DNA of 43,812 nucleotides from Nanobdellota archaeon (GTDB lineage Archaea; Nanobdellota; Nanobdellia; SCGC-AAA011-G17; ARS1403): NCBI GenBank assembly GCA_018831025.1, contig JAHJRB010000059.1, positions 1 to 43,812 of the forward strand, read 5' to 3'. Shown piece by piece: positions 9,136 to 17,566 of this stretch (position 1 is its first letter; each line of letters starts with the position of its first letter). The notes under the pieces were generated by a model. It saw only the letters and a program-made list of their open reading frames with translations, ran no database searches and was not told where the DNA came from. The position numbers and the translations under genes were made by a program.

Positions 9136-10156
9136 TTTTCAATTTATTAAAAAAATGAGGTTTTATTTTTCTTATACTCTCAACAACTATGAGTTGATTA
9201 GTATATCCATTCTTCTCTAGAATTTTTTTTCTATTTTTATAATAACCCCTTAATGTTTCTTTTTTATTTTCATAGCTTATAGGGGGATGATATTCAATAA
9301 AAATTTTATTTTTAATAAAAAAATCTATATCATTTCTTCCGACTTTTATATGACAATTAATACCTTCAATAGGCTTTTTAATAATCTTATTTTCAACTAA
9401 CAATTTACAGAATTCTTTTTCTTCTTTTGAATCAAATTTACAATCCATAAAAGTATAAGGGCTATTTTCTCTTCTTTTTTTGATCCAAGAAAGTGCTAAA
9501 TCTGGATAAATTTTATGACAATTTTTCCCGCCTTTACTAGATATTTTTAAGAATCTTCCTTCTTTTTTCATTTTTTCGATAGCTTTTTTTCCATTTCTTT
9601 TTCCCATTTCCTTAGCTAATTCTGGATGCAACTCATGCATTTTTTTGACACCTTTCATCTGCCACTCTTTAAATTTCCCTGTTTTCTTTAATCTTTTAAT
9701 ATTTCTTTTTCCAATTTCACTTGCTAAGTTTGGATGTCTTTCATGAGTAACTTTGCCTCCAATTTTACCAGCTTTACTACAACCAGAAATCAATGTTCCA
9801 TTTTTTCTTCTATTTTCTGCAGAAATTTTTCCTCCTATTTTTCCCATTTCACTAAAATCTTCTAAAGGTTTACACTTTCCTACCATTCTTTGGAACTCAA
9901 TAAAAGTCCCATTCCTCTTTCTTTTTTCCATTGTCCTTTTTCCATTTTCTTTAGCAATTTCTGGATATAATAATGCTGTTTTTTTGCCATTTGCTATTCT
10001 CATATCGCATAAGATATACCATTTAACAGATTTCTGATCATGTTTGTTAATTCCTTCTTTAATTTTCAATTTTTTAGATATCTGTCTAATAGATAGTCCT
10101 TTTTTGAATAACTCTGCTACTTTATTCCGGATTTTTCTATGTTCTCTTTTATTCAT
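9125..10156 (-). CDS. HTH / basic-repeat / Vsr(DUF559)-like nuclease-domain protein (homing-endonuclease-like)
   Basis: 343 aa. N-terminal HTH (KKGLSIRQISKKLKI). Four to five degenerate ~35-aa basic repeats (YPEIAKENGKRTMEKRKRNGTF / HPNLASEIGKRNIKRLKKTGKF / HPELAKEMGKRNGKKAIEKMKKEGRF / YPDLALSW...). C-terminal SKEEKEFCKLLVEN...NDIDFFIKNKIFIEYH is reminiscent of the Vsr/DUF559 PD-(D/E)xK core. It overlaps hldC by 11 nt. Confidence 0.5.
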   Translation of the reverse strand: MNKREHRKIRNKVAELFKKGLSIRQISKKLKIKEGINKHDQKSVKWYILCDMRIANGKKTALLYPEIAKENGKRTMEKRKRNGTFIEFQRMVGKCKPLEDFSEMGKIGGKISAENRRKNGTLISGCSKAGKIGGKVTHERHPNLASEIGKRNIKRLKKTGKFKEWQMKGVKKMHELHPELAKEMGKRNGKKAIEKMKKEGRFLKISSKGGKNCHKIYPDLALSWIKKRRENSPYTFMDCKFDSKEEKEFCKLLVENKIIKKPIEGINCHIKVGRNDIDFFIKNKIFIEYHPPISYENKKETLRGYYKNRKKILEKNGYTNQLIVVESIRKIKPHFFNKLKNGF

Positions 10157-10283
10157 TTTTCTTTTTCATAAAATATTTTGTGAGGATTGTTTCTATAAAT
10201 TCTGAACGAGATTGTTTTTTTCTTTCTTTTTCTATATATTCATACAACCAATCCCTTAAACTTATAGTTATTTTCTTCACCAT
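10149..10283 (-). CDS. ribbon-helix-helix (CopG/MetJ-like) small protein
   Basis: 44-aa ORF that is not in the track: MVKKITISLRDWLYEYIEKERKKQSRSEFIETILTKYFMKKKNE. It has the typical RHH layout (beta strand KITISL plus two helices, SRSEFIE). Its stop overlaps the ATG of the 343-aa gene by 8 nt. A TATA-like TATATAAATA lies about 30 nt upstream. Confidence 0.55.
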   Translation of the reverse strand: MVKKITISLRDWLYEYIEKERKKQSRSEFIETILTKYFMKKKNE

Positions 10284-10331
10284 TTTGCATACTATAGTAT
10301 GGATGTTCTTATTTATATAGTTTTTGTAAAA

Positions 10332-11639
10332 TTATTTTAGACATTTTTCTATTTCATTTTTCCATTGTTCATGTGTACCTTTATCACTTTTAGTTAGTCT
10401 ATAATTGTCTTCTTCTAAATGTTGTGTTGAGAATTCAAAAAAAACTGTATCTTGTAAAGCTCTGAAACTATGATATTCATTTGGTTTGATATGAATAGTA
10501 CTTCCTTTTTTAAGTTTAAGATATTTTCCTTGATGAATTATTTCTAGTTCACCTTCTAAAATATAAAATGTTTCTTCTTTAACCTTATGCATATGATAAG
10601 AACAATAATGATCTTGTTTAATAAACATTTTTTTGCCACAATATTTTTCATTATTTACTATCCATTGTTCTTCTCCCCATGTTTTTGGGATTGTTTTTAT
10701 ATTATTAGATAATGAAGTTTCTAATTCTTCTAATGTTATTGCTGTAACACCTGGTTTACTAATTACAATGCTTGCTGCTCCATTAGCTAGTTCTGTAGCT
10801 TCTTTTAGATTAGTTCCCGAGATTAAAGATAGGGTTAATATTGCTAAGACTGTATCACCTGCACCAGAAACATCATAGATTTCCTTTACTTTCGTTGGAA
10901 TATGGGTAATATTTTTATTTTTTTCAAATATAGAAAATCCTTCAGAGCCTTTTGTTATTATTACATTAGAATTTAATTTTTCAACTAGTATTTTTCCTGC
11001 TTTTTCTATATCATTAGTTAGTGTCATTTCAATTGCTTCTTTTTTGTTTGGTTTTATTAGATCTACATTTTTATAAAAAGAAAGATTTATTGGTTTACAA
11101 TCTGCAGTGATTAATTTATTATTTTCTTTTGCAAAGGATATTATATTTTTTACTAAAGTTTCTGTTAATGTTCCTTTAGAATAATCACTTAAAATGATTG
11201 CATCTATTTCTGAAATCTTATTTTTTATTAAGGATAATAATTCTTGTTCATTTTCTTTTGTAATATTTGAAGTATCTTCATAATCAATTCTAAATAAATG
11301 TTGATGTGACAAACCCCTAATTTTTTGTATTGTTGGTTTGGATGTTTTTAGTATACAAGAAGTATTTATGTTATTTTTTTCTAATTCTTTAAATAATATT
11401 TTTTGAGGTTCATCGTCTCCAACTGTGCCTGCTAGGTAAACTTTTGCTCCTAATAAAGCTAAGTTGTTTGCCAAATTTGCTGCTCCTCCTGGATTAAAAG
11501 ATTCTTTTTCTGCTTTTAAAACTGGAACAGGTGCTTCTGGAGAAATTCTAGAAACAGTACCATGGATATGTTTGTCTAACATTAAATCACCTATAACAAG
11601 TACTTTTTTTTCTTTAAATTTTTCAATTAAGTCTTTCAT
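10332..11639 (-). CDS. hldA: heptose-7-phosphate kinase (HldA / RfaE domain I, PfkB family) fused to a C-terminal PMI-type cupin
   Basis: 435 aa. The N-terminal ~310 aa carry GDLMLDKHIHGTVSRISPEAPVPVL and DVSGAGDT (RfaE-I/PfkB). The C-terminal ~115 aa carry WGEEQWIVNNEKYCGKKMFIKQDHYCSYHMHKVKEETFYILEGELEI...EDNYRL, the pattern of type-II phosphomannose-isomerase-like cupins. Confidence 0.75.
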   Translation of the reverse strand: MKDLIEKFKEKKVLVIGDLMLDKHIHGTVSRISPEAPVPVLKAEKESFNPGGAANLANNLALLGAKVYLAGTVGDDEPQKILFKELEKNNINTSCILKTSKPTIQKIRGLSHQHLFRIDYEDTSNITKENEQELLSLIKNKISEIDAIILSDYSKGTLTETLVKNIISFAKENNKLITADCKPINLSFYKNVDLIKPNKKEAIEMTLTNDIEKAGKILVEKLNSNVIITKGSEGFSIFEKNKNITHIPTKVKEIYDVSGAGDTVLAILTLSLISGTNLKEATELANGAASIVISKPGVTAITLEELETSLSNNIKTIPKTWGEEQWIVNNEKYCGKKMFIKQDHYCSYHMHKVKEETFYILEGELEIIHQGKYLKLKKGSTIHIKPNEYHSFRALQDTVFFEFSTQHLEEDNYRLTKSDKGTHEQWKNEIEKCLK

Positions 11640-12186
11640 TTTTTTGTATTATTTGTGCAGCTTTTAAAAGATTATCTGCTACATATGTTGGAGAAACTTT
11701 AAAATGACCATCATTTCCTGCTTTTCCTGTTCTTACTAAGATTGTTTTGCAATCAGCTCTTGTTCCCATTTCTATATCGTCTGTTTTATCACCAACTACC
11801 CAACTTTGCTGTAAATCAATTCCATGATCTGTAACAGCCTGTTCCAACATTCCAATTTTTGGCTTTCTACAATTGCAGTCCATTTTGTATTTGCCAATAG
11901 CTTTTTCTGGATGATGTGGACAAAAGTAGATTCCATCAATTGTTATTCTGTGCATTCTTAATCGTGTAGACATTTCTCTCATAAAAATATGATAATCTTC
12001 TTCAGAGTAATATCCTCGACCAATACCTGATTGACCAGTAACTATGATTCTCTTAAAACCAGAAGATTGTAATAACTTTAATCCTTCTATGGCTCCTTGT
12101 TCAAATTCTAAATCTTCTATTCTGTGTGTGTATCCTGTATCAACATTAATTATTCCATCCCTGTCTAAGAAAATTGCTTTATTCAT
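11623..12186 (-). CDS. gmhB: D-glycero-D-manno-heptose 1,7-bisphosphate phosphatase (GmhB, HAD-IIIA)
   Basis: 187 aa. FLDRDGIIN (DxD nucleophile), TGQSGIGRGY, CPHHP...CNCRKP zinc site and GDKTDDIEMG are all GmhB/HisB-N hallmarks. It overlaps both flanking kinase genes. Confidence 0.85.
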   Translation of the reverse strand: MNKAIFLDRDGIINVDTGYTHRIEDLEFEQGAIEGLKLLQSSGFKRIIVTGQSGIGRGYYSEEDYHIFMREMSTRLRMHRITIDGIYFCPHHPEKAIGKYKMDCNCRKPKIGMLEQAVTDHGIDLQQSWVVGDKTDDIEMGTRADCKTILVRTGKAGNDGHFKVSPTYVADNLLKAAQIIQKNERLN

Positions 12187-13162
12187 CTTTCATTGCTTCT
12201 GTTAATTCTTCTAAAGAGCAAGTAGCTGTTCCTCTTTTTTCAACTACAACTGAAGCTGCATAATTTGCGATAGTTGCTGATTCTAAAGGTGTATAATTAT
12301 TAGCAATTGCTGCTGCTAAAGCTGCGTTTACTGTATCTCCTGCTCCAGAAACATCTGCATTTTCTATCTGTCTTGCTGGAAGGTAATGGAACTCGGTTGG
12401 AGAAGTGTAAAGGATCATACCATCTGAACCAAGTGTTAATAAAACATTTGATGGATAAAATCTGTTAAATAAAAATTCCCCTGTTGCTCTTAAAGTGTAT
12501 TTGTCTTCTAATCCATTATAAGGAATTCCAGTTATTTCTTCGACTTCTTTGATATTGGGTTTTAACCATAAATCTCCTCCAAATTTCCAACCCTTATATA
12601 ATCCAATTTTTTGAGGTTTTGTGTCTACTACTTTTGGTATTGGTAATAAATGTTTTAATTCTTTTATTATTCTCTCTGTTAAAAACCCTTTATTATAATC
12701 AGCAAAAACCAATATATGGGCGCTTTTCATTTCTTCTGATAATTTTGAAATTACTTCACTTTGTAATTCTGGAGAAATAGGCTCTGTTGATTCCCTACTC
12801 AAGCGAACTATTTGATAAGGAGGGTGGGCTTTTGAGGAAGCTAATATTCTTTTTTTTCTAGTTGTGGGCCTATTTTCATCTACAAAAGGTATAAAATTAA
12901 TATCTCCTAATAAATCCTTAAAAATTTCTGCTGTAAGATCATGACCTATAACTCCTGCCAATGCAGTCTCTATTCCTAATGCTTGTAAATTAGCTGCAAC
13001 ATTTGCAGCCCCGCCTAATTTACTCTCTATATGATCATCTTCTTCTAACAAATCTGGAACAGGTGCTTCTGGAGATTGACCTCTTGAAATATGATATGCA
13101 TATTGGTCTAACATAACATCTCCTATAACTAATGCTTTTTTTCCTGAAAAGTCTAAATTCAT
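12179..13162 (-). CDS. second HldA/RfaE-domain-I-like PfkB sugar kinase
   Basis: 327 aa. GDVMLDQYAY..SPEAPVPDL, GGAANVAANL and DVSGAGDTV; paralog of the kinase part of 10332..11639. Confidence 0.7.
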   Translation of the reverse strand: MNLDFSGKKALVIGDVMLDQYAYHISRGQSPEAPVPDLLEEDDHIESKLGGAANVAANLQALGIETALAGVIGHDLTAEIFKDLLGDINFIPFVDENRPTTRKKRILASSKAHPPYQIVRLSRESTEPISPELQSEVISKLSEEMKSAHILVFADYNKGFLTERIIKELKHLLPIPKVVDTKPQKIGLYKGWKFGGDLWLKPNIKEVEEITGIPYNGLEDKYTLRATGEFLFNRFYPSNVLLTLGSDGMILYTSPTEFHYLPARQIENADVSGAGDTVNAALAAAIANNYTPLESATIANYAASVVVEKRGTATCSLEELTEAMKDE

Positions 13163-13218
13163 AAAGGAATTTTTATAAAAATTGATTTAAATAGATTTAG
13201 GTTGTTAAGAAAATGCTT

Positions 13219-14103
13219 TTATTTTGTAGATTCTACTCTTTCCCACCCATCTTGATAAGATTTTTTTTTAAATAATGAATCAAAATAATAAGCAATCCAT
13301 ATATATAATCTTAAAGGTAATAAATTCAATGTCCAAAAAAATTCTTTGATATTTTTTGGATAAGATAATGCCCAAAAAACTCCTTTGAATAATTCATTTT
13401 TAAAAGTTTTAACTTTGGGAAAAGCAGGATAGTAAATATCTAATTTAGAATGGGAACCAACCACCCTTTTTCTTTGTTTTACAAACTCTTTTATTTCAGA
13501 AGGGTATTTTACATAAACTTTCGCTTCTGGTTCATATTTTATCTTATACCCTTTCTTCCATATAAGATATGGTATTACCGAATCTTCTGCAACATCCAAA
13601 GGGAAATCTTTTATTATATTTTTTATTGCAAAAAGATAACCTGAACATTCCAGGAATTTATTTTTTTTATTTAATTCGTACCTTATTCTATGTGCTCCTG
13701 CATCTAATAACAGATGAGAAAAGAATCCGTATTTTGTATTTTTTGGATTTGTCGCTATTGGTCTACCGCTTACAGCACCAACTTCTTTATTATTAAAATG
13801 TTTTACTATAGACTCTACAGCAAATTTATCAATAAAAACATCACCATCGGTAAGTATCAATATATCTGATTTGATTTTATTGAAGAGTAATTTTAAAGCA
13901 AAAGATTTTCCTTTACCTGGATCTATGAAAGTTTTAACTTTATATTTTTTGGATATATTTAGGGTTTCTTTATCCGGTGCACAAACAATTACTTCATAGT
14001 CTTCCTTATATGTTTGATTTAATGCTGATTCTATGGCTCTACCTACATTTGTTTCCTTAAACGCCGTTATAATCAATGATATTTTCATGTTTGATTGTAG
14101 CAT
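13219..14103 (-). CDS. family 2 glycosyltransferase
   Basis: 294 aa. ISLIITAFKE...ALNQTYKEDYEVIVC and LTDGDVFID (DxD) are typical of GT2. The C-terminus is hydrophobic. Confidence 0.75.
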   Translation of the reverse strand: MLQSNMKISLIITAFKETNVGRAIESALNQTYKEDYEVIVCAPDKETLNISKKYKVKTFIDPGKGKSFALKLLFNKIKSDILILTDGDVFIDKFAVESIVKHFNNKEVGAVSGRPIATNPKNTKYGFFSHLLLDAGAHRIRYELNKKNKFLECSGYLFAIKNIIKDFPLDVAEDSVIPYLIWKKGYKIKYEPEAKVYVKYPSEIKEFVKQRKRVVGSHSKLDIYYPAFPKVKTFKNELFKGVFWALSYPKNIKEFFWTLNLLPLRLYIWIAYYFDSLFKKKSYQDGWERVESTK

Positions 14104-14142
14104 ACAAAAATTTAAATAAGATTCCTTTTTTATCTAAATAAA

Positions 14143-14508
14143 ATGGAAATGCCTTTACCAGAAATCTTGGATAGATTAAGTATTCTTAAGTTAAAAATAG
14201 AAAGAATTGGGGAGCCCCATTTACAAAAAGAATTATTGGCTTATACCGAGGCTATTGAAGAATATAAGAAAAAAGTTAAAGTTAAGGAAGAATGGCTAGA
14301 AAGATTATATGACATAAATGGAAAAATATGGGATTTAGAGTCTGATATAAGAAAAGGTAAAGAAGGTGAATTGGGTTTAGAAGAAGTTGGTAGAAGGGCA
14401 ATTATGATAAGAGAATTGAACAAAAAAAGAATAAGTGTTAAGAACCAAATTACTGAAGAAACAAACATGGGTTTTAAAGATGTTAAAATGAATCATGCTT
14501 CCGAGTAA
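14143..14508 (+). CDS. helical hypothetical protein (possibly DUF4254-like)
   Basis: 121 aa. KIWDLESDIRKGKEGE...RELNKKRISVKNQI resembles the W..ED.iR ... N..R pattern I associate with DUF4254. This is unverified. Confidence 0.4.
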   Translation: MEMPLPEILDRLSILKLKIERIGEPHLQKELLAYTEAIEEYKKKVKVKEEWLERLYDINGKIWDLESDIRKGKEGELGLEEVGRRAIMIRELNKKRISVKNQITEETNMGFKDVKMNHASE

Positions 14509-15632
14509 AGATCCAAATAACGCTTTGTAATTAAATCCCAAGTAAAGTTTTTAGCTTTTTCTTTATTGTTTTTTGAGAATTTTTTAGCTAAACTAGGATT
14601 ATCTAAAACCTCTAAGATTCTTTTTTTAAGTAATCCAATATTGCCGTAAGGAACTAAAAAACCATTAACTCCTTCTTTTAATTCATATGGAATGCCATTG
14701 CAAGGAGAAGCTACAACTGGAAGCCCGGAAGCATAGGCTTCCATCAACGTTAAAGGGGCTCCCTCGCGGTAACTAGGCAAAACATAAACATCAGAAGCTT
14801 GATACATCTCTGCTATCTTTTCTTTGCCTTTAATAGGACCCAGGTAATGCATATTTTTATAATCTTTAATCAAAGATTTTACTTCTTCTGCTTTTCCTTC
14901 ATCGGGACCTATCCAAACAAAGCTAATATCTTTTCTTTCTTTAGAGATTTCAATAGCAGCTTTTGCCAACATTTCTGGACCTTTTGTTGGATTTAATCTT
15001 CCGAAGAACAAAACTAAATTTTTTTCTTTAATGTTGTTATTTTTCTTAAAATTATTGGGAATTACTTTCTTGAATAAGATTGGGTCCATTCCATTTGGGA
15101 TTATAGTTACTTTATCTAAGGAAGTGTATTTTTTCAAATAGGTTTCAACTTCCCAAGGTGTTATAGAAACTATCTTGTCTATTAGTTTAAAGGATAGTTT
15201 ATTAAAAATTAAATTATTTAAAAATAAAAATGGTTTTAATTTCCAGGATCTAAATGCATCTGTCCATGGGCAATGGGTTGTATGAATATGTGTGAAATCT
15301 TTCCATTTAGCTATTATCCCTGTTATTAAAACATATAAATGACCGGAAACATGAGTATGGACTATATCAAAGTCATAGTTTTTTAATTTCCATAGTAAAG
15401 AAGGCCAAATATGGGTAGATAAGGATAATCTAAGCCAGTAAGGGTAACGGTGAATATGAACGCCGTTTAGCATTTCCTCTTTTTTAGGAATCCTAGAATA
15501 TTTATCTGAATCACAGCAAAAAATATGAACTTCATGACCTGCTTTAACCTGGCGAGTAGCGAGTTCGTACATTACTTGTTCTACTCCCCCAAAAGTTGGA
15601 AGGTAAAACATATTAATATGGGCTATTTTCAT
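14493..15632 (-). CDS. GT4-family (GT-B fold) glycosyltransferase
   Basis: 379 aa. N-terminal GGVEQVMYELA and C-terminal EGAPLTLMEAYASGLPVVAS (E-x7-E region) are typical of Glycos_transf_1. Confidence 0.8.
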   Translation of the reverse strand: MKIAHINMFYLPTFGGVEQVMYELATRQVKAGHEVHIFCCDSDKYSRIPKKEEMLNGVHIHRYPYWLRLSLSTHIWPSLLWKLKNYDFDIVHTHVSGHLYVLITGIIAKWKDFTHIHTTHCPWTDAFRSWKLKPFLFLNNLIFNKLSFKLIDKIVSITPWEVETYLKKYTSLDKVTIIPNGMDPILFKKVIPNNFKKNNNIKEKNLVLFFGRLNPTKGPEMLAKAAIEISKERKDISFVWIGPDEGKAEEVKSLIKDYKNMHYLGPIKGKEKIAEMYQASDVYVLPSYREGAPLTLMEAYASGLPVVASPCNGIPYELKEGVNGFLVPYGNIGLLKKRILEVLDNPSLAKKFSKNNKEKAKNFTWDLITKRYLDLYSEA

Positions 15633-15733
15633 GATTTTAAGGTATTAGGATGCTTTTTAAAAGCTTTTATATATACTACACTGCTTTTTATATACCATAA
15701 ACTATATAAATAAGAATATGCTTTATCGAGGAT

Positions 15734-16114
15734 ATGGTACAAAAAGAGGTAGTAGATACTAGAATTATTAAGGTAGATGATAAGAAGCTATTGCTGGTAG
15801 TAGGAGTAGTTATAGTACTTGCTGCATTAGTCTCTGGAAACTTAACAGGTAATGCTGGAAGAGTTAGTATTTTCAGACAACTGGATTATAATGAATTTGT
15901 ATTAAATGAAGGCGGTGTTAAGTTTTTTAAAGGTGCTGTAGTAAAATTAGATGTAATTAGTGAAAATAATGCAGCTGTTGTCGATGTAGTAACAGAAACT
16001 AAAAGAGAGAGTAGAATTATCCAAGCAGGTCATAGGGTCTATATAAATGGCTTTTTTGTGACTAATATAGCTACAAACTATCAAACTAAAGTAGCTACCT
16101 TACGGGTAGAATAA
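15734..16114 (+). CDS. small N-terminally anchored protein (paralog A)
   Basis: 126 aa. One TM helix (LLLVVGVVIVLAALV) followed by a beta-rich ~85-aa domain. Confidence 0.5.
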   Translation: MVQKEVVDTRIIKVDDKKLLLVVGVVIVLAALVSGNLTGNAGRVSIFRQLDYNEFVLNEGGVKFFKGAVVKLDVISENNAAVVDVVTETKRESRIIQAGHRVYINGFFVTNIATNYQTKVATLRVE

Positions 16115-16115
16115 A

Positions 16116-16490
16116 TTGAAAATAAGTAATAAAGAAGGAATTATTGTATTAGCTGTAGCATTTGCTTTAGTTATTTTGCTGTCTAATATTATGACAGGTT
16201 ATGTTTCTAAAAGTTATATTGACAAAGGAAGATATCTAATTGGAGGTGGAAATTCCCAATGTGATAAAGTAGGCGGAATGGCTTTAATTATTGGTGGACA
16301 AGAACAAGAAAAATATGGAAAGATGATTAAGGTTTATAGTGTTTCTGATGATGTAACATTAATTAGTGTAGATGGTGCAAAAAGAACTATGGAACCTGGA
16401 CATGAGAAGTATGTAGCAGGACTTTGGGTTACTGTTTATAGTACAGGCACAAAAGATGCTTGTTTGATTGTTAAGAATTGGGAAGGTTAA
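16116..16490 (+). CDS. small N-terminally anchored protein (paralog B, TTG start in track)
   Basis: 124 aa with the same architecture as paralog A and shared pattern (I/V)K(V/L)..(V/I)S(D/E)(D/N)...KR....GH..Y..G..VT...TK.A.L.V. It starts 2 nt after paralog A. Confidence 0.45.
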   Translation: MKISNKEGIIVLAVAFALVILLSNIMTGYVSKSYIDKGRYLIGGGNSQCDKVGGMALIIGGQEQEKYGKMIKVYSVSDDVTLISVDGAKRTMEPGHEKYVAGLWVTVYSTGTKDACLIVKNWEG

Positions 16491-17532
16491 GTTTACTTAT
16501 TTCTTCTAAAACTTTTTCAACAATTATGGATTTAACACATTCTAAATAATTTTCTTCGCTTAAAGGACATTTTGATTTCATACAAGCTATACAAACTTCA
16601 GAATTTTGAATTGCTATTGAATTCTTTGAATAAGGACTCCAAATTCTTTTATCTCCTGCAGAAAATAAAGCAACAACTGGAATGTTTAAAGCTGCTGCAA
16701 CATGCTGAGCTGAGGTATCTATGCAAAAAACAAAGTAGGCGTTTTTAATTAAAGAAAAAAATTCCTGCAAGGAAGTCTTTCCTGCTAGATTTATAGAATC
16801 TCCTTTCATATTTTTTTGGATATCTTCTATAAATGGAATATTTTCTTCCGAACCGGTGAAAATTATTTTTTTGTTATATTTTTTACTTAAAGAATCTGCT
16901 AATTCTGCGAAATTTTTTTTGGACCAAGTTGGATGTGTTTTTGATATTGGCGATATCACAATGTAATCTTTATAATTTGTTTTTGGATTTTTTAAATAAA
17001 GCTCTAAATGATTATCTGAGGAGGAAATATTTAAAGTTTTAATTACATCTAAGTTATCTTCTATCTTATGTTTTATTTTAAAAGTTGGAAATGTTTTTCT
17101 ATGTAAATAATATCCTTTTGGCTCTGTAAATCCAGATTTTCTAATTCCAATCCTATAAGAAGCTCTCTTCCTTAAAAAACTGCTAATAAATTTGTTTCCG
17201 GGATAAAGCAAAATTCCTAAATCAAAGTGACCGTTTATTTCTGTAATGTCTGTGTAAATTTTATATAGATTAGGATTGTTATAAAGAACCTCTTTCATTT
17301 CTTTTGGTACTAAGATTGAAATTTTTGCATAAGGATAATGCTGTTTTAATGCTCTAATTGTTGGTGTGTCTATAATTAAATCTCCTATAAACTTTAAATC
17401 TATGATTAAAATACTTTTAACATCTTTGGGAATAGATTTTAAAAAAGGATGTGTTAATCTAAAGAAACCATAATCTAAATACCAGATTAAAGACCTTGCA
17501 TAGTCCTCTATCTTAAATCTTAGTTTTTTCAT
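16471..17532 (-). CDS. family 9 glycosyltransferase (ADP-heptose-dependent heptosyltransferase-like)
   Basis: 353 aa. ILIIDLKFIGDLIIDTPTIRALKQHYPYAKISILV N-terminal signature and C-terminal ...IDTSAQHVAAALNIPVVALF are typical of GT9 (WaaC/WaaF/RfaF family). Confidence 0.8.
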   Translation of the reverse strand: MKKLRFKIEDYARSLIWYLDYGFFRLTHPFLKSIPKDVKSILIIDLKFIGDLIIDTPTIRALKQHYPYAKISILVPKEMKEVLYNNPNLYKIYTDITEINGHFDLGILLYPGNKFISSFLRKRASYRIGIRKSGFTEPKGYYLHRKTFPTFKIKHKIEDNLDVIKTLNISSSDNHLELYLKNPKTNYKDYIVISPISKTHPTWSKKNFAELADSLSKKYNKKIIFTGSEENIPFIEDIQKNMKGDSINLAGKTSLQEFFSLIKNAYFVFCIDTSAQHVAAALNIPVVALFSAGDKRIWSPYSKNSIAIQNSEVCIACMKSKCPLSEENYLECVKSIIVEKVLEEISKLNLPNS

Positions 17533-17566
17533 AGGAAAATAGGGTAGAAAAAGGTTTATAAAATTA

